Positions 26,028 through 34,077 of a stretch of DNA of 64,000 nt are shown here, piece by piece. This DNA is from Vicinamibacterales bacterium. Its GTDB lineage: Bacteria > Acidobacteriota > Vicinamibacteria > Vicinamibacterales > UBA8438. The position numbers and the translations under genes were made by a program. Position 1 is the stretch's first letter; each line of letters starts with the position of its first letter. The notes under the pieces are model-generated. The model did not search any database. It saw nothing but the letters and a program-made list of their open reading frames with translations, and was not told the origin of the DNA. The DNA lies in contig OZ253457.1 in NCBI GenBank assembly GCA_965261285.1, positions 1,508,511 through 1,572,510 of the forward strand, in the 5' to 3' direction.

Positions 26028-27563
26028 ATGCGCTGTTCCATTCTCCGGCCTGTGACTCGTTCGATGGCCGCGTGGTTGCTCGTCGCCGGCGTTGCAGGTC
26101 CCGGCGTCTCCCGCGCCGTCGCGGCCGAGGCGGTCGATCCCGGTCTGCTCGACGCCATCAGGGCGGTCGACGCGGCCGGCGTGCGCGAGGCGATCGAGCG
26201 TGGCGCCGACGTGACCGCAACCGAGCCGGACGGCACCACGCCCCTTCACTGGGCCGTGCACGCCGATGCCCCGGACATCGTCGAGCTGGTACTGGAAGCG
26301 GGGGCGGACGCCGCCGTGACCAACCGCTACGGGGTGGCGCCCATCGCCCTCGCCTGCGTGAACGGCAACGCGGCCATCGTCCGGCTGCTGCTGGACGCCG
26401 GCGTCGACCCGAACACGACTCTGGCCGAGGGGGAGACGGCGCTGATGACGGCAGCGCGGACCGGGGCGCACGACGTGGTGGAACTGCTGCTCGACCGCGG
26501 CGCCGACGCGAACGCGGCCGAGGCGTGGCGCGGCCAGACGGCGCTGATGTGGGCGGCGGCAGAGGGGCATGCGCACGTCATCCCGACCCTGCTGTCCCAC
26601 GGGGCCGACGTCGGCGCGCGCTCCGAGCGCGGCTGGACCCCGATGCTCTTCGCGATCCGCGAGGGCGAGATCGGCGTCGTGCAGACGCTGCTCGAGGCCG
26701 GCGTCGACGTCGAGGAGTCGCTGCCGATCATCGAGGAGCGGCGCCGTGGCGGCACCAGCGCCGAGGCCGAGGCGACCGGCCTCAACGCCTTCCTGCTCGC
26801 CGCCGCCAACGCCCACTACGAGCTCGCGGCCCTGCTCGTCGACCGGGGCGCCGACGTCAACGCCGCCTCGCGCGGGTGGACGGCCCTGCACCAGGTGTCG
26901 TGGGTGCGCAAGGCGGGCATCGCCGGCAGCAACAACCCCGCGCCCAAGGGCTCGGGCGCCATGACGAGTCTGGAGTTCGTGAAGAAGATCGTCGCCGCCG
27001 GGGCCGACCTGAACGCCCGGGTCACGACCCGGCCGCCGGCCGGCATCACCCGCCTGAACTTCATCGGCGGCACGCCGTTCCTCCTCGCCGCGCGCACCGG
27101 CGACGCGCCCCTGATGCGCCTGCTCGCCGACCTCGGGGCCGACCCGCTGCTGCCCAACGAGGACGGCACCACCCCCCTCATGGTGGCGGCCGGCGTCGGC
27201 ACCTCGTCGCCGGGCGAGGACCCGGGCACCGAGCCCGAGGTCCTCGAGGCGGTCGAGGTGGCCCTCGAGCTCGGCGGTGACCTGAACGGGGTCGACGAGA
27301 ACGGCGAGACCGTCATGCACGGCGCCGCCTACAAGCACGTGCCCGAGGTCGTGGCGTTCCTCGCCCAGGCGGGGGCCGACCCCGCGGTCTGGAACCGGCC
27401 GAACTCGCGCGAGTGGACGCCCCTCGACATTGTGGAGAACGTGCCCCTCGGCCGGGGCATCCAGGACAACCCGGCCACCGCCGCCGCCATTCGCGCCGAG
27501 CTGGGGCGGGCTGGCGAGGCGCGGCGAGCGGCCAACGTGCAGCAACGCCAGCAGCGGGATTGA
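26028..27563 (+). CDS. Secreted ankyrin-repeat protein (module copy A)
   Basis: GGGAGG precedes the ATG, followed by a signal peptide and multiple 'G.TPLHWA...G...vv.lLL..GAD.N' ankyrin repeats. It is collinear with ORF 46363..47895. Confidence 0.85.
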   Translation: MRCSILRPVTRSMAAWLLVAGVAGPGVSRAVAAEAVDPGLLDAIRAVDAAGVREAIERGADVTATEPDGTTPLHWAVHADAPDIVELVLEAGADAAVTNRYGVAPIALACVNGNAAIVRLLLDAGVDPNTTLAEGETALMTAARTGAHDVVELLLDRGADANAAEAWRGQTALMWAAAEGHAHVIPTLLSHGADVGARSERGWTPMLFAIREGEIGVVQTLLEAGVDVEESLPIIEERRRGGTSAEAEATGLNAFLLAAANAHYELAALLVDRGADVNAASRGWTALHQVSWVRKAGIAGSNNPAPKGSGAMTSLEFVKKIVAAGADLNARVTTRPPAGITRLNFIGGTPFLLAARTGDAPLMRLLADLGADPLLPNEDGTTPLMVAAGVGTSSPGEDPGTEPEVLEAVEVALELGGDLNGVDENGETVMHGAAYKHVPEVVAFLAQAGADPAVWNRPNSREWTPLDIVENVPLGRGIQDNPATAAAIRAELGRAGEARRAANVQQRQQRD

Positions 27564-27599
27564 CGCCTCGAACTCGGTGACCGCCAGCTCGACGGGGCC

Positions 27600-27860
27600 G
27601 GCCGGCCACGGCGACGCGGCGTTCCTCGACGAGGCCCACTGGCGTGGTTTCGATCACGGCCTCCCGGTCGGCGTGCGGCCGGTCGCTGCTTGTTCCGGTG
27701 CGTGTGGGCATGGCGATGGCCGTGGCGGCCTGCGATGCGAACAGCACCAGAAGCTCCTCGTGGGCGTTCCTGAACTCTGGTCCGCCCTTCTTTACTGCCC
27801 AAGGAAGAAGTTGCGACGAGCACGTCGTAGGCCGGCAGGTCGGCCACTCGCAGGGGATCC
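27600..27860 (-). pseudogene. Decayed fragment of a GAF(-PAS) sensor gene
   Basis: The minus strand reads 'PLRVADLPAYD...LGSKEG' in one frame and 'GGPEFRNAHEELLVLFASQAATAIA...ADREAVIETTPVGLV' in another. This resembles the conserved end of a GAF domain ('...EKEGGxEFTxEDEExLxxFASQAAxAIANAR...') running into a PAS domain. It is truncated at both ends and frameshifted. Confidence 0.35.
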
Positions 27861-28041
27861 GGCAGGTCCCGGCGAGGCTCGACTTCGAAATCCGGCTATC
27901 ATGACCTGGAAAGCGGCGCGGGCAAGTGCCGGAGCGTGCCACCCCCTGCAGGGCCTGCCTGACGGGCGGGGCCGCTGACTGGCCGGCGCCGAACGCCATC
28001 CGGCCGGGATGCCTCGCGCTCCGATACAGTGACAAGGCGAC

Positions 28042-29821
28042 ATGCCCGACCATCCCCGCATTCCCTACGGCTGGGCCGATTTCCGGGCCATCCGGCTCGA
28101 AGGCCGGCTGTATGTCGACAAGACGCGGTTCCTCCGCCGGCTGGAGGAGGACCGCTACGTCTTCCTCATCCGGCCCCGGCGTTTCGGCAAGTCGTGCTGG
28201 GTGTCGGTGCTCGAGAACTATTACGACCGCAACCGGGCCGCCGAGTTCGACGCGCTGTTCGGCGGCACCGACGTCGGGCGGCGGCCCACGGACGCCCGCC
28301 ACCGCTACGTGGTCCTGCGCTTCGACTTCTCGGCGTTCGAAGACACCCCCGAGACGTTGCGGGAGCGCTTCGAGACCTACTGCGACACGGTGCTCTACTA
28401 CGCGCTGGAGCGGAACCGGGACCTGTTTCCCGACGCGGCGCGGCGGCGCATCCTGGCGGCGCCCGCCGTGGACGGCAAGCTCAACCAGTTGTTCGCCTAC
28501 GCCGGCGAGCACGACATCCCCATCTACGCGCTCATCGACGAGTACGACAACTTCGCCAACACCATCCTGGCCGGCCACGGCGCGTCCGCGTACGAGGCCT
28601 TCACCCACGGCGGTGGCTTCTACCGGAGTTTCTTCGCCACCCTGAAGAGTGGGGCCGGGCAGGGCGGCGGCCTCGAGCGCCTGTTCGTCACCGGCGTCTC
28701 GCCCGTTACCCTGGACGACGTCACCAGCGGCTTCAACATCGGCAGCAACGTCAGCCTGCATCCGGACTTCAACGAGCTGCTCGGCTTCACCGAGCCCGAG
28801 GTGTTGGGGCTGCTGCGGACGTACCGGGATCACGGCGTGTTCTCGCAGGACATCGACGACGCGATGGGACTGATGCGGGAATGGTACGATGGCTACCGGT
28901 TCGCCAAGAGCGCCGAGACGGACGTCTACAACACCGACATGGTGCTCTACTACCTGAACCAGTCCATGCCGAACCGGCCGGTTCCGGACGATCTCATCGA
29001 CGTCAACGTCCGCGTCGACTACGGCAAGCTGCGCCATCTCCTGGTGGTCGGCCGCCGGCTCAACGGCAACTTCGACCTGCTGCGGCAGGTCATCGGCGAA
29101 GAGACCGTCGATACGTCGATACAGGCGGGCTTCCCGCTTGAACGGATCGACCAGCCCGAGAACTTTCTTTCGCTGCTTACATTACTTCGGCCTGCTGAGC
29201 ATCCGCGGTGTGGTGAACGGGACGCCGCGGCTCGCCATCCCCAATCAGACCGTCCGGCGGCTCCTGTACAGCTATCTGCGCGAGGGCTACCGCGACGTGG
29301 ACGTGTTCTCGGTCGATCTGCTCACCTGCGAGCGGCTGCTGCGCGCGATGGCGAACGACGGTGCCTGGCGGCCGGTCGCGGCGTTCCTGCGCGACGCCGT
29401 CGCCGCTCAGACCGGGATTCGCGACTACATGAGCGGCGAGAAGGTGATCCAGGGGTTTCTCGCCGCCTACCTCGGCGTGACCGATCACTTCGTGTTCCGC
29501 TCGGAGGCCGAGCTCGGCAAGGGCCTTGCCGACATCTGCCTGGAGCCCCTCGTCGCCCGCTATCCACACCTGCGTCACGGCTACCTGATCGAGCTCAAGT
29601 ACCTGAAGCGGAGCGAGGGGGGCGGCGAGAGCCGGGTCGCGGCGGCGGTCGGAGAGGCGGCCGCCCAGTTGCGGCGCTACCTTGCGGACGAACGCTTGGC
29701 GCGCCAGTATCCCGGAGTGCAGTTCACCGGCCTGGCGATGGTGTTCCACGGGTGGGAGATGGTGGCCTGCGAGGCGGCTGGTGACGGGGCCGCCGGTGAA
29801 TCGGACGGACGTGGCCGATGA
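28042..29821 (+). pseudogene. AAA-ATPase-like (PF09820-type) + PDDEXK_9 protein gene, frameshifted
   Basis: N-terminus 'IPYGWADFRAIRLEGRLYVDKTRFLRRLEE..YVFLIRPRRFGKS' is typical of 'predicted AAA-ATPase' proteins. The reading frame changes at about 29179: '...ENFLSLL' continues as 'HYFGLLSIRG...' in track ORF 29138..29821, which carries the C-terminal 'DICLEP...GYLIELKYLK' PD-(D/E)xK-like end. Confidence 0.7.
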
Positions 29822-30055
29822 TCCGAGCCGGTCCGCGACGCCTCGCCTCCGTCGTGTCGGTGCGGTGAATGGGCGAACGATACATGGTCGACGGTCAAGG
29901 GCACCCGCTCGAAGGGGCGGGCGATTGTCCGACGGCTGCGTATTCCTCCACCGGCAGTGCTTCACCTCAGCCTGTGATTCCTAATCGTTTTTCTTGACGA
30001 AGCCCCATCCATAAACGTACCGTCGACCCTGTCACTGTTTCGCCGGACGAAGTCC

Positions 30056-31585
30056 ATGATCGAAACCGACGGGGAGATGCCGACGTCGCGGCCCGCCGGC
30101 TACGCGGCCCTGGTCGAGCGCTACGGCGTCGAGGTCGTTCCCCACTGGCGCACGTCGCGGGTCGCGACCCGCGGGGGGCGGCGCGTCGAGTCCGGGGCGG
30201 ACGAGGTGGTCGAGGTGTTCCCGCCTCGCTACTGGCCCGGCGACACCGCGGGGGAACAGCTCGAGTTCGCGCTCAAGCACGACGGGACGAACCTCGGCAT
30301 CCTCGCGAGCCTGTTCCGGGTGATGCCCGAGGACGAGCTGCTGGCCTACGTCGGGTCCCGGCCGACGGGCAAGTACGCGAGGCGGCTGTGGTTCCTCTAC
30401 GAGCTCCTGACGGGCCGGCGGCTCCTGCTCGACGACCTGAAGCAGGGCAACTACGTCGAGGTGCTGGAGCCGGATGCCTACTACACCATCGGACCCGCCC
30501 GTCGGAGCCGCCGCCACCGCGTCAACGACAATCTCCTCGGAGACCGGCAATTCTGTCCCACGATCCGCCGCACGGACATCCTGCGGGGCTTCGAGGCGGC
30601 CGACCTGCCCTCGCGCTGCCGGCGCATCGCAGCGCGCTACGCGCCGGCGCTGTTGAGGCGCGCCCTCGGCTACCTGTACGCCAGGGAGACGAAGTCGTCG
30701 TTCGCGATCGAGCACGTCACGCCCACGTCGACCCGGGCGGAGCGGTTCGCGGCGCTGCTGCGGCTCGCGCATCGGGAAGACTTCTGCGACCGGCCGCGCC
30801 TCGTCGAGCTGCAGAACCGCATCGTCGACGCCCGTTTCCGCGACGCCGACTACCGGCGGAGCCAGAACTACGTCGGGGAGACGGTCGGGTGGCAACACGA
30901 ACGCATTCATTTCGTCGCCCCGAGGCCCGAGGACCTCGGCGACCTGATGGAGGGGCTGGTGGCCGCCCATCGACGCATGGCGTCAGGAGACGCGCCGGCC
31001 GTGATTCACGCCGCCGCGGTCGCCTGGGGGTTCGTCTTTCTGCACCCGTTCGAGGACGGCAACGGCCGCATCCACCGCTTCCTCATTCACAACATCCTGG
31101 CCCGGCGCGGCTTCACGCCCGCGGGCGTCATGGCGCCGGTCTCGGCCACCATGCTGAAGCACGCGGCCGACTACGACGCGTCGCTGGAAGCGTTCGCGCG
31201 CCGGTTGATGCCGCTGGTCGATTACACGCTCGACGCCGACGGCCGCCTGACCGTGCACAACGATACGGCGCTCTGGTACCGCTACATCGACATGACGGAC
31301 CAGGCGGAGGCGCTCTTCCGCTTCCTCGACCTGACCATCGATACCGAGCTGGCCGGCGAACTGGCGTTCCTGACCCGGTACGACGCGGCCAAGCGGGCGA
31401 TTCAGGCGATCGTGGACATGCCCGACCGCCGGATCGATCTCTTCATTCGCTTGTGCCTCCAGAACGACGGCCGTCTCCCGGCACGGAGACGCGCGAGGCA
31501 CTTCGACCGCCTGTCGGATGAAGAGGTCGCGGCGATGGAACGGGCCGTGCTGTCTGCCCAGGGCGACGATTCTACGGTCGTCTGA
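30056..31585 (+). CDS. Fic/DOC-family protein (putative AMPylase)
   Basis: 'FLHPFEDGNGRIHRFLIHNIL' matches the Fic HxFx(D/E)GNGRxxR motif. An upstream 'ETKSSFAIEH' resembles the (S/T)xxxE(G/N) inhibitory motif but has His at the last position. Confidence 0.85.
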   Translation: MIETDGEMPTSRPAGYAALVERYGVEVVPHWRTSRVATRGGRRVESGADEVVEVFPPRYWPGDTAGEQLEFALKHDGTNLGILASLFRVMPEDELLAYVGSRPTGKYARRLWFLYELLTGRRLLLDDLKQGNYVEVLEPDAYYTIGPARRSRRHRVNDNLLGDRQFCPTIRRTDILRGFEAADLPSRCRRIAARYAPALLRRALGYLYARETKSSFAIEHVTPTSTRAERFAALLRLAHREDFCDRPRLVELQNRIVDARFRDADYRRSQNYVGETVGWQHERIHFVAPRPEDLGDLMEGLVAAHRRMASGDAPAVIHAAAVAWGFVFLHPFEDGNGRIHRFLIHNILARRGFTPAGVMAPVSATMLKHAADYDASLEAFARRLMPLVDYTLDADGRLTVHNDTALWYRYIDMTDQAEALFRFLDLTIDTELAGELAFLTRYDAAKRAIQAIVDMPDRRIDLFIRLCLQNDGRLPARRRARHFDRLSDEEVAAMERAVLSAQGDDSTVV

Positions 31586-31765
31586 CCCGGCTGCGGGGGA
31601 GAGAAGGCGATGGTTCCCGAGCGCCCGCCCTGCCCCTTGTACGAGTGCCCCGTCGCGTCTTCGTCGGTCCATGCCCGCGGCGGGGTCGCCCGACGGGGCC
31701 GGCGCCGACTCGAGAGCGTCTTCGCGCCTGGACAACCGTCGGCATTGCTGCGAAGATCCGTGGTC

Positions 31766-32641
31766 ATGCGTAGCGCAGCCACGACAGGCGCGCGCCGGGT
31801 GGGCTCCGTCGCGGTCGCGTCGGTTCTCGCCGCGGGCGTGCTCGGGGTCTGCGGCGTCGCCGACGCGCAGGTCACCCGGGCCGGCGGCCTCATCCGGCAC
31901 GACCGCGGACAGAGCGTGTCGCCCGTCTACGAGGGCTGGTACCAGCGGCCGGACGGGACCATCGTCGCGTCGTTCGGCTACTTCAACCGCAACCACGTCG
32001 AAGAGGTCACGATTCCGGTGGGGCCCGACAATCGGGTGGCGCCCGGCCCCGAGGACCAGGGCCAGCCGACGACCTTCTTCCCGCGGCGGCGGATCGGCCT
32101 GTTCACGGTCACGGTGCCCGATGCCGCCACCGAGGTCACGTGGACGCTGACCTCCCGGGGCGAGACCCTGGAGATTCCCGTCAACCTCGACGCCGAGTAC
32201 CTCATCGAGCCGTTCCGGGCGGCGGCCGGCCCGAGTCCGGGGAACGGCCCGCCCGCGGTCAGGTTCGATCCGGCCGACGCGGCGTTCTCGGGACCGGCGG
32301 GCGGCGTCGTCGAGCGTACGGTGACGGCCGGGACGGCGCTGTCCCTCGACGTCTGGATCAGCGACGACGGCCTGGGCTCGGGCCGGGACGAGCCGGTGCT
32401 GACGGTGACGTGGGGCAAGTTCCGGGGGCCGGGCGCGGTCAGCTTCGGGGACGAGAGCCCGGACGTCGCGGTGGAGGACGGCCCGGAGGGCGTGACAGGA
32501 CGGGCGAGCACCACCGCGACGCTGTCCGAGCCGGGCGACTACGTGCTCTACGCGGTCGTCTCCGACGGGTCGCGGCAGAGCAACCAGTGCTGCTGGACGA
32601 ACGGCTACGTGCGCGTGCGGGCGGTCGGCCCGACGCGGTGA
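31766..32641 (+). CDS. Secreted hypothetical protein
   Basis: ATG 31766 ('MRSAATTGARRVGSVAVASVLAAGVLGVCGVADAQ' signal peptide). It has non-degenerate composition, a C-terminal 'QCCWTNGYVRVRAV', and ends 11 nt before the next gene. I recognise no domain. Confidence 0.55.
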   Translation: MRSAATTGARRVGSVAVASVLAAGVLGVCGVADAQVTRAGGLIRHDRGQSVSPVYEGWYQRPDGTIVASFGYFNRNHVEEVTIPVGPDNRVAPGPEDQGQPTTFFPRRRIGLFTVTVPDAATEVTWTLTSRGETLEIPVNLDAEYLIEPFRAAAGPSPGNGPPAVRFDPADAAFSGPAGGVVERTVTAGTALSLDVWISDDGLGSGRDEPVLTVTWGKFRGPGAVSFGDESPDVAVEDGPEGVTGRASTTATLSEPGDYVLYAVVSDGSRQSNQCCWTNGYVRVRAVGPTR

Positions 32642-32652
32642 AGGAGAAGGCG

Positions 32653-34062
32653 ATGAGGCATCGACAGCTTGCGGCGACGTGGCGGTTGGCGGCGGTCGGC
32701 CTGCTGCTCGGGGCGGCGGCGCTGGTCCCGGCCGGGGCGGCGGCACAGACGGCCGGCGACGAGGTGACCTTCGCCCGGGACGTCGCGCCGATCCTGCAGC
32801 AGAAGTGCCAGACCTGCCACCGGGTCGGCAGCATGGCCCCGATGTCGCTGGTGACCTACCAGGAGACGCGGCCGTGGGCGCGGTCCATCCGGGCCCGCGT
32901 GCAGTCGCGCGAGATGCCGCCGTGGCACCTCGACAAGACGGTGGGCATCCAGCACTTCATCAACGACCGGTCGCTGACCGACGAGCAGATCGACACCATC
33001 GTGCGCTGGGTCGACGCCGGGGCGCCCTTGGGCGACCCCGCCGACATGCCGCCGCCTGTGGCGTGGCCGGCCGGCGACCGCTATGAGCTCGAGGACCGGC
33101 TGGGCCAGCCCGACATCGTGGTCGAGTCGCAGCCGTGGACGATGCCCGCCGACGGCCAGGACGCGTGGTTCCGGCCGCGGGCCGAGCTGAACCTGACGGC
33201 GCCGGTGTGGGTCAAGGCGTCCGAGACCAAGCCGTCGTTCGAAGGCCGCCGCATCGTGCACCATGCCTCGACCTACCTGCACCAGCCCAAGGGGGCGGAG
33301 CTCATCGAGGCCGAGCGGGCGCTGCGGGCGGGGCAGATCGGGGTCGACGCGGTGATCGCGGCCGCGCAGAAGCGGGCCACCGACCCCGAGGAGGTGCGCG
33401 AGCTGTTCACGGAGTGGGCGCAGGGCAAGCAGGGCGAGATCTACCCCGAGAACGTGGGCAAGCTGGTGCGCGAGGGCTCGCACGTCGAGTTCGACATCCA
33501 CTACCACGCGGTCGGCGAGGAAGTGACCGACGTGCTGTCGGTGGGCTGGTGGCTCTATCCCGCCGACGCGCCGCCCAAGTACAGCGCCGAATTCGTGGGC
33601 ATGGGGGCGACGGCGGCCCAGACCCTGGAGATTCCCCCCCACTCGGTCGTCCAGCACCAGGGCACCTACGTGCTCCCGGCGCCGGCCATCCTCCACAACT
33701 TCCAGCCCCACATGCACTACCGGGGCAAGGCGTTCCTGCTCGAGGCGCTCTACCCGGACGGCGACCGCGAGGTGATCAACTACTCGGACCGCTTCGACAA
33801 CACCTGGCACCTGAACTACATCTACGACCCCGACCACGCGCCGGTGCTGCCGAAGGGCACGGTGATGCAGATCACCACGTGGCACGACAACACGCGGGCG
33901 AACCGGAACAACCCCGACCCGCGCCAGTGGGTGAGCTACGGACCGCGCACCGTCGACGAGATGGCCCACGCCAACCAGCAGGTCATCTTCATCACCGACG
34001 AGGACTACGAGCGGATCAGCCAGGAGCGGAAGGCCAGGGCCGAGCTTACCGACAACGACTGA
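32653..34062 (+). CDS. Fusion of a c-type cytochrome domain and a PHM/DBH-like copper monooxygenase-fold domain
   Basis: AAGGAG precedes ATG 32653, followed by a signal peptide. 'FARDVAPILQQKCQTCHRVGS...REMPPWH' is the heme-c domain. The C-terminal half has 'RRIVHHAS' (HH), 'DIHYHAVG', 'HNFQPHMHYRGKAF' (HxF..HxHxxG) and 'GTVMQITTW' (Met). The order and spacing resemble the CuH (HH..H) and CuM (HxH..M) sites of peptidylglycine alpha-hydroxylating monooxygenase. Confidence 0.6.
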   Translation: MRHRQLAATWRLAAVGLLLGAAALVPAGAAAQTAGDEVTFARDVAPILQQKCQTCHRVGSMAPMSLVTYQETRPWARSIRARVQSREMPPWHLDKTVGIQHFINDRSLTDEQIDTIVRWVDAGAPLGDPADMPPPVAWPAGDRYELEDRLGQPDIVVESQPWTMPADGQDAWFRPRAELNLTAPVWVKASETKPSFEGRRIVHHASTYLHQPKGAELIEAERALRAGQIGVDAVIAAAQKRATDPEEVRELFTEWAQGKQGEIYPENVGKLVREGSHVEFDIHYHAVGEEVTDVLSVGWWLYPADAPPKYSAEFVGMGATAAQTLEIPPHSVVQHQGTYVLPAPAILHNFQPHMHYRGKAFLLEALYPDGDREVINYSDRFDNTWHLNYIYDPDHAPVLPKGTVMQITTWHDNTRANRNNPDPRQWVSYGPRTVDEMAHANQQVIFITDEDYERISQERKARAELTDND

Positions 34063-34077
34063 CACGGAGGTCGCACC

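Noticed and set aside
29985-30055. A TTGACG hexamer and relatively AT-rich sequence upstream of the Fic gene, considered as a promoter.
   Set aside because: I could not find a -10 element at acceptable spacing, so it is left unannotated.
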